A stretch of 64,000 nucleotides of DNA, from positions 70,079,333-70,143,332 of the forward strand of contig NC_068984.1 of assembly GCF_001194135.2 (NCBI RefSeq). Direction: 5' to 3'. This DNA is from Octopus bimaculoides. Lineage: Eukaryota. Positions 12,850-25,090 of this stretch are shown here, one piece after another. The translations under genes and the position numbers were made by a program. The notes beneath the pieces are model-generated. The model saw only the letters and a program-made list of their open reading frames with translations. It was not told the DNA's origin and ran no database searches. The first letter of the stretch is position 1, and every line of letters begins with the position of its first letter.

Positions 12850-13975
12850 TGAAAGTTTTGATTTTTTAAAATCCCTTTGAAATATTGTTTTTACTTTCAC
12901 ACTCAGAATCCTGCTTATTTCAGTTTCAAAATCCCTGTATTTGGACAGTTTGTAACCTCCTTCTGGGGGATATTTTATTTAGAAGACATTGATAGGTTCT
13001 TCAATCCACGGAGATTTTTCATCCTGTCCATGGTAATTATGTCTGGTCTGTTTTGTTGATCTCTCTAAGTCTGGGCAGGTATGTCCCAGGTGATTATGAT
13101 CTGACATCTTATATGTTTTCATGTCACAATGTTATACTTTGATAAGTAAACACAGGTACCAACTAGATCATATCTGTGGATATACACAGAACTGAGCACC
13201 CATAAGTAGCATTATCAACTGCCTCATTGTACTAACTACAAAGTCTGCACTTAATGTTAGCTGTTCATTTTCTTTATTTTTGCAGCTATTTGTGCTTACA
13301 TGTTGATTTTGTGAAGCTAAAATCAAACTTGTTTCTGCTTTTAGTCCAGAGCCTTCAAGTCATTCTTTGCTGTGTCTCTGATTTATTTTTCCTTTATTGA
13401 AACTTGTGAGGGATTAGCTATGATTGAGGGGAGAGTGTTGTTTGTTCAATTTTTTCGTTTTTTAGTATATTTTCAAATTTCTGTAATTGATTGATTTTTT
13501 TTTTTTTTTTTTTTTTTTTGTGTAAAACGTTTCTGTTGCTAGTTCTAAAATCTCTCTTTTGCTTTGTTCTATAAATAGTTTTCATCAGTGTAGCTAGTTT
13601 ACATTTTGTAATTTAGTATTTCCTTATATAGAAAAAAAAAGATTTTTTTTTGTTTTTTTTTCATGTTTCCTTATTACTCTAATCAATTTCTTGTTGTTTT
13701 ATTCCAAGTATTTTTGTAATCCCACTCTTGTTAATTTGTATTAGTTCTCTGTTTATGTCAGACTCCATCTTCCATGTGTATGGGGTAAGTACAACCTATC
13801 TCTGCTATCACTCTGACTTCATCAATTCACTTAACTTCCAATTTAATTGAAACTGTCATTTATGACTGGGTTGTCTAGTATAATTATACATGTCATTTTA
13901 TTTTTAGCAATGAATTATTGTTTAATATTATTAGTCCAACTCTCTTGTAGTACACTTTTCTAATTTTCTCCATTT
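12850..13975 (-). mobile_element. R4/Dong-clade non-LTR retrotransposon relic (post-RT thumb, CCHC knuckle, REL endonuclease)
   Basis: Across frameshifts and in the expected order: KIRKVYYKRV, NWKLSEL, DRLYLPH..G, SGLKAETS..ASQNQ, KCRLCS..EAVD...GCSVL, TWDIPAQT*RDQQNRPDII, NIPQKEV, LSKYRDFETEISRI. Confidence 0.85.
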
Positions 13976-14039
13976 CTAATTTTCACTTTCATATTGTTGT
14001 ATCTTATCAGTTTCACCTACTTCTAAATATTGTATGGGT

Positions 14040-14640
14040 AGTCTTAAGTACTTTTTGAGTACATTACCTAACAATCCACTTATTTTAATTTCAAGTTCCA
14101 TGTATTTTGATAGATTCTCAACCTCCTTCCAGGCAATGTTTCAGTCAGAAAAGATAATTTTGTATTTCCAAGAAAAGAACTTTTCATCCTGTCCTTGATA
14201 ATTATATCAAGAGTTTGCTTTGATCACCTTGTCAAACTGGACACACATATCCCAGATTATTGTAGCCAAGCAGTTTTAAACATGATATGTTTAATATATG
14301 CTTATATATCATCTTACCTATTTTTATGTTGAAGAGTCAGAATATTATGCAATGGAGTTAGCTACTGACTTGTGTCAGTGAATACAGTTGGAGTTAGAAA
14401 GGACTGTGTAACAATAAATGTCATAATCAATTGTATCATAGTACTGCTGGCAATATCTGCACTGGATACTGTTTTTTATATTATTTTATTCTTATAGTTA
14501 TCAGTGGTTTGGCATTAATTCTTTGCATCTACCATCAGGCATTCTATTTCTAACCCAGAGCTAAAGTTAGCTTTCTCCCTGACTGCCAATTCATGCAGGG
14601 TATTGACCAGAGACTTTTCTTTTCATGCATTTGCTTTCAC
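14040..14640 (-). mobile_element. Second, more diverged R4/Dong relic immediately upstream of the first, same orientation
   Basis: GQYPA, SSGLEIE, QCRYCQQYYDTID, IIWDMCVQFDKVIKAN..DIIIKD, NIAWKEVENLSKYMELEIKI. Confidence 0.8.
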
Positions 14641-15239
14641 AAATTTGTCTAGAAACATTGCTGTTTTTATATTTTTCTGAATTGATGTACAATTTTTGAT
14701 AGTTTCTCTAGTTGCATATTATACCCTATAAACAGTGTTAAGTCAACCAAAGAGAAAAGATCATTTGCAATTTGTCCATAATATTTGTAACTAATGGGGG
14801 TTTTATTCTGTAGATTTGTTAATGGGGTCACAGCTATGCAAAAAAGGCAGAAGAAAAAAATCTTTCTGAAAGATTAATCATTCAAAGGATATATGGCTGG
14901 TTGTATTTATCTTTCCTTTTCCTTGCAGGAGAGAAACCAAATCAGCTTCATTTTCTTGCAGTAGCCATATTACTTATGTTGGTAATACCTTTAACAAAAG
15001 ATTATTAACTCAGTTCACCTTATTTCCTTTTTTGCCTTGAAGTCTGCAGTCTAGCAATTATGTGAGAAATTATTATTATTATTATAGAGATAGAGAAACC
15101 ACAATGCTATCTTGGCAAACTTATCACTGTCTCTAGCTAAAACATGAAATATATACTGCAGTATTTTCTATGGAACAATAAATATCATTGTTTCATATTT
15201 TGCATGAAAGTAAATGAAGCTTAAAGATACAAGACTATG

Positions 15240-15248
15240 CACACACAC

Positions 15249-15310
<62 letters not shown>
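15240..15310. repeat. (CA)n microsatellite
   Basis: Direct dinucleotide run. Confidence 0.95.
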
Positions 15311-15313
<3 letters not shown>

Positions 15314-17519
15314 TATACTTCAAAAACGTTATACAGAGTAAAATAAAGATAGTGTTACAAAGCCAAGTAAACAAATTTTCTTGAGAATTGACTGCAGACT
15401 GTTTTCAGGATAAATTCCATTTAGTCTAGTAAGAAATTTCAGACTTTCATTCCATAAGGTCCACATGATATAGAATTCTACATTCAATGTCTGCTGCAAA
15501 TTATAGGAGAAAATTTGTAAGAGAATTATAATTTTATAATGATATTTCCTCTTATTAACTCTTCTTTAATGATAAAACAATTAAAAAATAGAATACACTG
15601 TGAATGTTCCTATTTCAAACAGCTCTGATGTCACTTAAACTTCATACCATAGTATGCTGTCGAGGCATGGAAAAGGTTTCTGAAGCAATCGTTTCTATTC
15701 CTGTTTGTCTTTTGTTTTCCAAGACCAACTGCTCCAATACACAAATAAATATTGTTGTAACTTCTATGAAGGTATTTTGAGTTTGGTCAACCCTGGTGGT
15801 GTTTATATTATTTCACCAGGATATAAGTGTTGTTGGCTCTCAAGGGTCCAGTAATTTTCAAAATTATGCTCAGTTCTCATACATATTCTTTACTGGAGGA
15901 TTTAGTTGACAACCACTCAAACATGATTTTCTAGTATTGGGTGACATAATTACTAATAGCAAGTTTCCATTTGTCTATAATGGAAAGGTCTTGACCTGAT
16001 ATACAGTAAACTAATCCTTATTTCAAAATTTGAGGCATTATGCCAATGTTCCTAATCAATATTGATATATTCAGTATGTTTATTAATCATCAACCTGTGT
16101 CTGATGTTGGATGTGTACATAGAATCTGAGTGAATTCAGACTAGGAACTTATACTCTTATTGGTTTAGCCATTGAAGCATGCAGAATTGTCATGTACTAT
16201 GTTGTGAGGCCTAGAATTGAAACCTTGCAATGCTGATAACTAGGTACAGTCTACAGTGCAGGTCAGACAACGTGCTTTGATTACTGACCAATCATCTTTC
16301 AGAAATACCAATCCAAACAGTAGAACTTTCTATGGATTTCCATGGTTGTTCCCATGCAAAAGGGGTTATAAAAGTGAAACTGTACCAAGATCAGCTGCTT
16401 AGGTTGAGCAAGCTGCAAGATGATACACATCCTTACCCCTCACAATAATCAAGCCAGAGCATTGCTCACCATAGCAGAAGCAATTAATCCTTGCAATGAT
16501 TATTTTTCCTTTGTTTCAGTATAAAGTAAAAATGATTTCTGGGGATTATGATGAACAAACTTTTTTTCCTGCCTTTCCAGCAACACTAATTTGCTTCTGT
16601 TCACAGTTTAATCACAGCTCAGTTAGATTCTACCTTCTTAGACTACACTACTGGCAACTAGCATAAAGACTTTCATTTATGTACATATCATAATTACCTA
16701 AATAACAAAGAAGTTTATTTCAACTCTGTACTCATTAGGTTCGTTACTGGGATGACCCACAGCCAACTAACACCAACACAAGGATGCACACACCAAACCC
16801 TAAATACATATCAAAGAAGATACTTGGTGACAATCAATAATCAAATCCATCAGACCATTGCCAAAAGACAAAATAGATTGATATACAAAAGGGAAGATAT
16901 GCAAGTATGTTCCAAAATGTAGGCCTCAGTTTTGTACCTGAATAATTGAAATTTTACCCAAGAAGATTTTCTGGCAGATCGTAAATTATATGACAATTTC
17001 TGACAGTCTGATAGTTTCTTTATTCTTGTATATTCTATTTTCTACATTCTTCATAATCACAACCAATACAATAATAGTGGGAAAAGTCACTGTTCAGAAA
17101 CTAATTCATTTAGCATAATTATGTAAATTAGTACAATATTTTACATAAAGAACACATGTTACCAAAAAAAATAAAATAAAACAACTGTAATTGTTTTTCT
17201 TTAAATTTAGGTTCTATATTTCTTTATTTTTGTTTTTAATTTTTTGATTTTATTTTGCTCATGTTAAAGAATCTCAACTTGAACCTTTTTTCTGTATTGC
17301 TTATAAGCTATAATTGAAAGTGAATTAATGGCCCCAAACAAGCTAAAATGTTCAGTAACAGTTTTTTAAAGCAATTTATCTAAATTATGGTGAATTTAAA
17401 TGATTGTTTTTGTTTTAAGTATTAATAAAGCCAAGCAAAGCTGAGCACTGCAGTAAATTTCTAATAGGACTGATATATAACAACCAGGCTTATGGTCTCA
17501 AAAATCATAATTGTATTAA

Positions 17520-17900
17520 AAATAATTCATTTCTGCCGAGGTTGACTTTGCCTTTCAGGCTTGACAAAAAAAGTACCAGTTGAGCAATGGGGTTGATGTA
17601 ATAGACTTCCCCACTTCTTCCAAATTGCTGGCTTTGTGCCAGAATTTGAAATGAATTGAAATGAATATTTCTACCTTCACTGAAGTTGGTAAACTGGTAG
17701 AATTGTTAGCATGCTGGGCAAAATGCTTAGTGACATTTTATCCATCTTTACATTCTGAGTTCAAATTTTGCCAAGGGCAACCTAGCTTTTCATTCTTTCA
17801 GGGTCAATAAAAGTACCAGTTGGGTACTGGGGCTTGATGTAACCGACTTAACCCATCCCACAAACTTACTGGCCTTATGTCAGAATTTGGAACCAATATT
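17520..17900 (+). mobile_element. Two adjacent family A tRNA-derived SINE copies (partial about 17520-17665; near full 17685-17900)
   Basis: Shared motifs CTGG(C/T)AGAAT.GTTAGC, TTCTGAGTTCAAAT, GGTTGACTTTGCCTTTCA, AAGTACCAGTT and the AATTTG(A/G)AACCAATATT tail. Confidence 0.85.
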
Positions 17901-18092
17901 TCTACGTTCACTTATGTAGCTGTTTCATTCTTCACATAGTTATAATTAAACTGTAGAGGATATAAGAAATTGTTGTTGAAATTGTCAAGTAAACCTTGAA
18001 GTCAGTGCTGATTGAGTATACCTTATGAAATGGATATAATTGACTGAACAGCTAGATGCAATCCACAGAACTACTGCTACAGTTATACTTAA

Positions 18093-18493
18093 GGGACAGG
18101 TGTAGTTTTCCAACTACTTTGTTCTAGGTACAGTTCCATTGCATAGTAAATTGGCCGTCTTCTGCTATAACCCCAAACCAACCAAAAGTCTTGGATCTGA
18201 TTAATGGAAATTAAAAGAAGCCCCTTGTATGTGTGTGTGTGTGTGCGCGCATACTTGTGTGAGTTGGCATCACTTACATGATTAATGTAAATGAGTTTCA
18301 CCATTATAGAAGTTGCATCCATCAGTTCCAAACAACCATGGGAATATATCCAACCATGAGGAACTATTACCTCAGTTGGAAACAGGTGAGGGTTAGTGAC
18401 AGGAAAGGCAACTGGCTGGCAGAAATCTGCCTCAACAAATTACATCTGACCTATGCAAACATGGAAATGAGGACATTAAATTGATGAAAATGA

Positions 18494-18497
<4 letters not shown>
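18093..18497 (+). mobile_element. Chimeric SINE: family B head plus RTE-type (GAT)n tail
   Basis: 5' part aligns with the family B head (..CTATAACCCC..CCAA..GGAAATTAAAAGAAGCCC). 3' part has GGTTAGTGACAGGAAAGGCA..ACCTATGCAAACATGGAAA..GGACATTAAATTGATG, like family C. Confidence 0.7.
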
Positions 18498-18534
<37 letters not shown>

Positions 18535-18884
18535 CATACATCTAAGGAAAGCAGACATTAAATGAGGATGTATAAATCTATTTATATATGTCATGACCAA
18601 GGATTTATATTTCTAGGTTATTATAGTATTACTTATAACACAACAGTTAATGCTGGAACTATTCTTTTTCACTGTTGGTAATATCAGGTAATGCTACATC
18701 AATAATTAATTGAGAATTAAATAATGTTCTAGATAACATAATTATGCAAATATACATGTAAGAAAGTTATTTGAATCTATTTTATTTTAATTTTATAAAA
18801 CCTTTTATTTTAAAAGCAACATTCATTTCATTATTTTGGATGTGTTCCATGAAATTTGAAAGAAGTAAAACTAATATTATTGCA

Positions 18885-19098
18885 TAGTGAGCTGGCAGAA
18901 AAGCTAGCTCACTGGCAAAATGGTTGCAGCATTTTGTCTGTCTCTACATTCTGAGTTCAAATTCTGCTGAAGTTGACTTTGTCTTTCATCCATTTGGGGT
19001 TCATAAAATAAGTATCAGCTGAGCACTAAGGTTGATGTAATCAGCCTGACCTCTCTCCCAAAATTGCTGGCTTAGTGTGAAAATTTGAAACCAATATT
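18885..19098 (+). mobile_element. Family A SINE
   Basis: GTGAGCTGGCAGAA head, CTGAGTTCAAATTC B-box, AAATTTGAAACCAATATT tail. Confidence 0.87.
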
Positions 19099-19449
19099 GT
19101 TGTATGGAATAACATTATTTAATGATATTTAGAGTAGCAAAATTATCCATTATTTGGCAAGTAATGTTCCACTCTCTGTATAAATTTACCAACTAATATG
19201 CCATATGTATTTAATTTTACTTCTCAATTAGGCCATGAAGGTCTTTTAACAACTTGACATGATGACTGAACAGAAAGTTAATTCTTAAAAAAAAAAAAAA
19301 AACAAAGATGCCACTGATACAACTCAGTTACAAAATGGTACAAAGCTGATGATCCAGCATTAATACAGTACCAATACAGAATAGCTTTTGAATAAATAAA
19401 TATTCAGAGCTGTATCTTTATAAACTTTCTGTAAAACTAAGCCTAGTGA

Positions 19450-20200
19450 AGGCCTTTACAACATCTTTTCAATCTACATTCTGCATTAGCTTTACTATAA
19501 TCCTTTCTCCTATCAATAAGTCATTTTTGCTTCTATAAAATGGTATGTCTTTGGTAATTTTGATGCAGCTGACATCAGACAGCAGACATTAGCAATACTA
19601 TCTTAAACTATCTGATTAGCTAATCAAATAATTTGTACTACCTTTATTTCCCCTGAAGCTTTCAACATCATTTCACCAACTTTCCATCTTCTCTCTCAGA
19701 TTCGTTTTCTTAATTATCTCTTGCGCAATTAATTACTACTCACGCAAGCTCCTTAATTAACTTCTATAGCTGTATCAGTTCTGGAATTATATAATAAAGC
19801 ATACCTTGTTAATGAAGTGTATCTAGATCAGTACTAATGCTACACACAAACATCCTGCATGACATCTCCCAAGAAGTCTTGTCATTCTCCTCATCAGCAA
19901 AAACTCAATACAACTATTCTCCTTTATTTCTCTTACTAAATGAGCTTTCTGTAGTTTAACTAACAGCATATCGACCTTCAGTTAAGACCCTTCATATACC
20001 CTTTTCTCTTTTTGTTATCTCTGTGTCCAGCATCACAAATTCCCCACACTAAACACTATTTTCCAAAATTTGAGCCCACTGAAATTCCCTTTCTCTTGCT
20101 TAGTATATGTTTTACTGCAGACATCTAAGAGTACACGTTTAAACTCAGTATCACCTGCCTTGATCTAACCAGGCTGAGAGAGATTACAAGGATCATGGGC
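19450..20200 (-). mobile_element. Old RTE-clade LINE fragment (linker and start of RT)
   Basis: EMMLKASGEIKVVQII*LANQIV and IPFYRSKNDLL resemble RTE EMLKASGE...LVNQVI and IPCYKGKGDAL. The upper boundary is a guess. Confidence 0.55.
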
Positions 20201-20241
20201 TCTACCTCTTATGCTTAGAGCAACTAATTAAAGATAAGGCT

Positions 20242-20244
<3 letters not shown>

Positions 20245-20302
<58 letters not shown>
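20245..20302. repeat. (TA)n microsatellite
   Basis: Direct run. Confidence 0.95.
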
Positions 20303-20307
<5 letters not shown>

Positions 20308-20714
20308 ATGTATTAATGAGGAAATCACTCTTCTGTTAGGTTCACCTACAAGAAATAGTGGTGAAATCCTGCTTAAATCAAACAGCTTCATCTTTGGAAA
20401 GAACACATTGGACAATGAAGTCATCAGTGAACTTAAAAATTGCAGGGTGGTCCTGGCAGGGGTGTCTTTTACTGTAATATGCTTGATTAGAGCTGCCCTG
20501 AAGTTAAGTAACAGCAACATATCTATAATATACAGCAATATGTATTCATCTACAGTGTATTTTTGTTCTGATTTCTTTTCAGATAATGGGTCATGATCTC
20601 TGCTTCATTGCTTTCCAGCAGATCCACAAAAGCACACATGACTCTATATAAATGAACTCACTGACTAGCACACTTTAATTTCTGGTTCACCCACGAATTG
20701 TATCTCTCTTTCTG

Positions 20715-20757
<43 letters not shown>

Positions 20758-20871
20758 GTCTCTCTCCTTCTTTCACCCTAACCCTTCTCTCTCTCTCACT
20801 CTTTGCCTTTTCAACTGTTAGCATATTTGGCTTTTATTTCTTGAAGCTACCTGGCCTTGTGCCACTTTTAC

Positions 20872-21258
20872 TTAGATTTTCCCGTGATATGATTGGCCTA
20901 TTGTGCTTTTGATTAGGTGTTCAAAGACATGGCACCCACCAAGCAGAAACCTTCATAATGCGAAGGTCACTGTGCAGAATATTCTCAACTCTCTTACAAG
21001 ATGTGTTAATAGTATTGGCTATTTGATTTACAGTCGATCACCTATCATCCATTATTATGCAGTAAACACAATCAATGTTTTCCTCCATGGTGACAGTTGC
21101 AGGATGTCCAGACTTTGGGTCATTTTCAAGACTCTCCCTTCCCCTCCAAAATTCAGCTGCTCACTTCTGCACTCCTGATAAAACAGGTGCCTCATCCCCT
21201 AATATAGCAACCATGTCAGCATGAATGTCCTTGTGAGCTAAATGCTTTTTCTTTCAAG
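20872..21258 (-). pseudogene. Mariner transposase N-terminal fragment (a different subfamily from the 5.9-kb element)
   Basis: KDIHADMVAILGDEAPVLSGVQK*AAEFWRGRESLENDPKSGHPAT...DDR*STVNQIA...VENILHSDLRIMKVSAWWVPCL*TPNQK...SRENL. Confidence 0.9.
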
Positions 21259-21519
21259 GGAAGTCACAACTAGTTACTTTTAAAATCTTCTTTGAGTCAG
21301 ACATCAGTTTACCTCGAAAAAAAGCAATGTAGTTATTGATAAGAATATTTAAAACAGATACATGCAAGATTTGACATCTCTAGAATAACTTCTTCCTAGT
21401 CAGTGTATGAATTTTTCAGTCCATTCTCATAACATTAAATACAGAATGAATTACTGCATATATTACCTTAACATACTCAGTGATTGTTCCCAAATTCTTT
21501 TTGAAGAAATCATCTAGAA

Positions 21520-21853
21520 GAGGGATTCTCAACCCCTTTGATGTTTATTTTATTCTGGTGACCCCCATAGCCATTTAGTGTTTAAAAACTAGTTTTAATG
21601 AAACTCCTTTCAAACTTCCTATTCTGTTTCCCACACATTAACTTGTGTAAGTTGAATTATACAAAATTTCAAAGAAAAAAGTCTAGCTGTTTCTTGCAAT
21701 ACATACTGATATATACATCAAAAGCAAAATTTTTCAGGGACCGTTAAAATACTTTTGTGGATCTTTAGTTCACTATTTTGCTTATATGGAGCCTCATCCA
21801 CCAAACTTATATGGACCCTCAGGGGTCATGTGGATCCCAACTGAGTACCACTG
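21520..21853. mobile_element. hAT (Charlie-like) non-autonomous MITE, 334 bp, 8-bp TSD
   Basis: Ends GAGGGATTCTCAACC and AACTGAGTACCACTG fit a CAG(T/G)GGTTCTCAA-type TIR. ATCTAGAA at both 21512-21519 and 21854-21861, matching the nTCTAGAn target preference of Charlie elements. Confidence 0.88.
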
Positions 21854-22370
21854 ATCTAGAAGACAACTTAGGCTAAAAACATATTCCTTTTTTTTTATTG
21901 TCTAACTTTAGCTGCCATGGTTTCCCATGTGAAACTTTAAATACTTCAGTTTCATTTGTGTGTGCATAACTGTTTGTCTTTCATGTTTATGTCTCGTTAT
22001 TTTCTGTCAATTATATAACTGTATATAGTTGTTATATATATTTTTGTACCGACTTACTGTAGTAGTGAGTCAATAAAATATCTATTTACCTGTCTATCAA
22101 ACAAACAGCAGTTTTACTATTTTATTTCAAAGTAAATCATAACTAACATACCGATTTTAGTAACCAAACCTCATGTATAATATATTTTTGCATTAGTTAA
22201 TGTTTCATGTTTTAACTCTTGAGAGTTCACATTCCACTGGACATGAGCAACATGTGGAGAGGTGAACGACATTACCATTTACCAATTGTTTATAAATAAT
22301 GAAATGATCAGTAACATTCTGAAGTTATTTGCATTACTTTCATTACAAAATTAGCCTTGAGTTCCTTTAA

Positions 22371-22374
<4 letters not shown>

Positions 22375-22413
<39 letters not shown>

Positions 22414-22456
22414 TAATAATAATAATGATGATGATAATAATAATAATAATAATAAT
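22375..22456. repeat. (AAT)n microsatellite
   Basis: Direct run. Confidence 0.95.
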
Positions 22457-23002
22457 GCAGTACCAGGCAGTGGCTCTCATGGCTTCTGATCTTAATTGAT
22501 TGGAAGTGTTATCATGTACATTCTTCTGTCTTGGTATAAAAGATGGGCTAAAGCAAATATTCTGCTCAATACCACAGATTTGCTGGTCAGTTGTTTGACC
22601 TTAACAAGTTGAGCATGTCCCTTGGTGGCTGACGATATGTGCATCTCTGATCATGAGCAGAAGTAGTGGAGGAGCATCATAGCCATGTGGTGAAAGGAAT
22701 TCTTTGGGGATTGGATAATTCACTTTTGGAAACATGGGTGTGTCATTCAATATCTTTAAGCAAACTTTATTCAGGGACTTTTTAAGCAGGATGTGCTACT
22801 CGACCTGAAGAAAATTCTAACTGGGCCCCACCTTCAAGGTCATGTGCTGTTTGTCTTGATATGAAATCACCATGTTGCTCACATATGGTTGTGGTGCTTG
22901 TGCCTGGTGTACCCTTATCAGACAGGTAGTCCTGATGGGTATACTGGGTTTCATATATTTTACCTTAGTGTCACTTTGATGGCATGAACTGCTCTCTCAC
23001 TC
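22457..23002. repeat. Unclassified 546-bp insertion embedded in (AAT)n
   Basis: Higher-GC block sharply bounded by (AAT)n on both sides, no recognisable coding motif. I recall it as a common octopus repeat but there is no second copy in the window. Confidence 0.5.
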
Positions 23003-23194
23003 AATAATAATAGTAATAATGATGATGATAATAATGGACTCTCCTGTCAAAGACATTGTATGAGCATTCTGCTTTTGCTGACCAACCCACATAAATGATT
23101 TATTTATAGTAATCAAATGTATGCACCATACATTATCTCTCTCCCTCCAATAAATTGATGATGCCTGAAAGGTTGCCACACATCAGTTATGAAA

Positions 23195-23308
23195 GTGATC
23201 ACAGAAATACACGAGATGAAGTGTTTTGCTCAAGAATGCAACACACTACCCATACTAGGAATTGAAACCACAGTTCCGTGAGTGCAACACCCTAACCACT
23301 AGACCATC
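23195..23308 (-). mobile_element. Family E SINE 5' part
   Basis: Reverse complement: GGTCTAGTGGTTAGGGTGTTGCACTCAC..GGTTTCAATTCC..TTCTTGAGCAAAACACTT. Confidence 0.75.
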
Positions 23309-23336
23309 AATAAGAATCATAATACTAATTATTATT

Positions 23337-23472
23337 AGTGGTTGGCGTTAGGAAGAGCATCCAGCTGTAGAAACTCTACCAAATCAGATTGGAGCCTGGT
23401 GTAGCCATCTGGTTTCACCACTCCTCAATCAAATCGTCCAACCCATGCTAGCATGGAAAGCAGACGTTAAAC

Positions 23473-23512
<40 letters not shown>

Positions 23513-23535
23513 ATGATGATGATGATGATGATGGT
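23337..23535 (+). mobile_element. Family C: RTE 3'-end element with (GAT)n tail
   Basis: TGGTTGGCGTTAGGAAGAGCATCCAGC..CCAACCCATGCTAGCATGGAAAGCAGACGTTAAACGATGATG, matching the 3' end of the RTE fragment at 63.7-63.86 kb. Confidence 0.9.
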
Positions 23536-23539
23536 GATT

Positions 23540-24040
23540 TTGAATTCTGGCGCAAGGGCAGCTTTTTCAGGGTAGGGTATAAGTCATTTGCACCTACCCC
23601 AGTGTTCAACTGGTACTTTTTTTAATGACCCTAGGCCTGGAATATTAAGGGAGGGTGTTAGTTGATTACAGCAACTCCAGTATTCAACTAGTACTTATTT
23701 TATCATTCCTGAAAGGATAAAAGACAAATCAACTCAGGTGGAATTTAATCTCAGATTTTCAAAATGGAAATAATGCTGCTGAGCAATTTGTCCATTATGT
23801 TTACAATTCTGCTCTCTCACTGCTTTTACATAATAATCATAATGATAATTGTTTCGCACATGGTCTGCATTTTAAGGAGTGGTGGTGATGGGGGGGGGGA
23901 TAGTTGACTACATTGACTCCAGAGAAATAAAATGCAAATTTGGCCATATCAGGATTTGAGCTCAGAATATAAAGAGTTGGAATAAATACTGTAAAACATT
24001 TTCCAGTGCTTTAAGGATTAGACCAGCCTGCTGTCCTTCT
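23540..24040 (-). mobile_element. Cluster of decayed family A SINE copies
   Basis: Repeated reverse-complement motifs AACTGGTACTT / AACTAGTACTTATTTTATC, GGAATTTAATCTCAG and GGATTTGAGCTCAGAAT. Confidence 0.7.
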
Positions 24041-24179
24041 AATAACGGTTTCTATAAGAATAATTGCAAAGTATGAACAAAACAAAAAAAAATCAAATAA
24101 AAACTGCTTTCTTCCCTCAAGAAGCCTCAAAATAAAAAGTAGAGGCCACAATGACTGATGGCTATAAAGAAAAAGAAGA

Positions 24180-25090
24180 AACAAGGAAAATGTAGATTAC
24201 TAAAAATCTAATCTAAAATTAGATCAACAGAATGTCATGATAAAGCACTCTGCAAAAAAATCCCCTGCATAGAAAATCCTGGAATAAACCAAACAGAACA
24301 AAGAACAGTCACACACTGGCTGAGTAGTGTGGGACTCAGTTCAGAAGGATTCTTAATCATTGCAAAAGATCAAAACTTTCTCATAAGGAACCACCAGAAA
24401 CTCATAATAAAACAGAATACAATAAACAACATCAAAATATATATTGATGGGGAAGAAACAATCACATTGTCTCTAGCTGCACAGTTTTGGGCTAAGATAG
24501 AATATGTCCACAGTCATGACAGAAATGATTTTTACATACACTAGAAGTTGTGTCAGTAAAATGGAATGTCAACAGAAAAAGATGGTATTGGCATACTTGA
24601 GCAAAGGCATCAGAAAATGTCAAAGAAACCATTCTCAAAGATATGCCAATGAATACAGATAGAAAGATCAAGTATAATTGACCAAATATTGTTGTCAAAG
24701 ACCACAATGAAAGACGACACCATCTAATCAACATATTAGTCTCATCAAATGATAATCTATCTCTGAAAGAAATGAGAAACTATTGAAATACAAACATTTG
24801 GAAATAAATATTACCTATATGTATGACCTGATAATAGAAACGATCCCTATAATAATATATACAAAAAAACAGGCAAATATATGACCCAAAACTCAGCATT
24901 TATGAATATATATAACATACAGAAAATAACATTACAAGCACTGCACACATCATATGTAGAACATTTTCAATATAATAAAAATAACAACATCAAACCAAAC
25001 TGTAGCACATAACCAAGGCACATATTGCTGCACTCAGTAGTTCAGTGAAAACATGCGTTAACAATAAGTTTACTGAATGATAATAATAAA
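24180..25090 (+). mobile_element. 5'-truncated R4/Dong element with 3' UTR and (TAA)n tail
   Basis: HWLSSVGLSSEGFLIIAKDQNFLIRNHQK, EETI, KIEYVHSHDR..YIH*KLCQ, TILKDMPMNTDRKIKYN*PNIVVKD, NLSLKEM/EKLLKYKHLEI, ETIPII, TAHIICRTFSI*; ends GATAATAATAA. Confidence 0.9.

Noticed and set aside
14929-14945. Acceptor followed by GEKP, like a split C2H2 zinc-finger linker
   Set aside because: No CxxC follows in any frame.
15600-16300. Possible ancient LINE RT relic and SINE-like B-box on the minus strand
   Set aside because: Only scattered residues match; cannot be supported by eye.
20300-20700. Minus-strand AFVDL, QGS and KFTDD words resembling LINE RT motifs
   Set aside because: Spacing is off, frames are inconsistent and the order conflicts with the adjacent RTE fragment; too weak to call.
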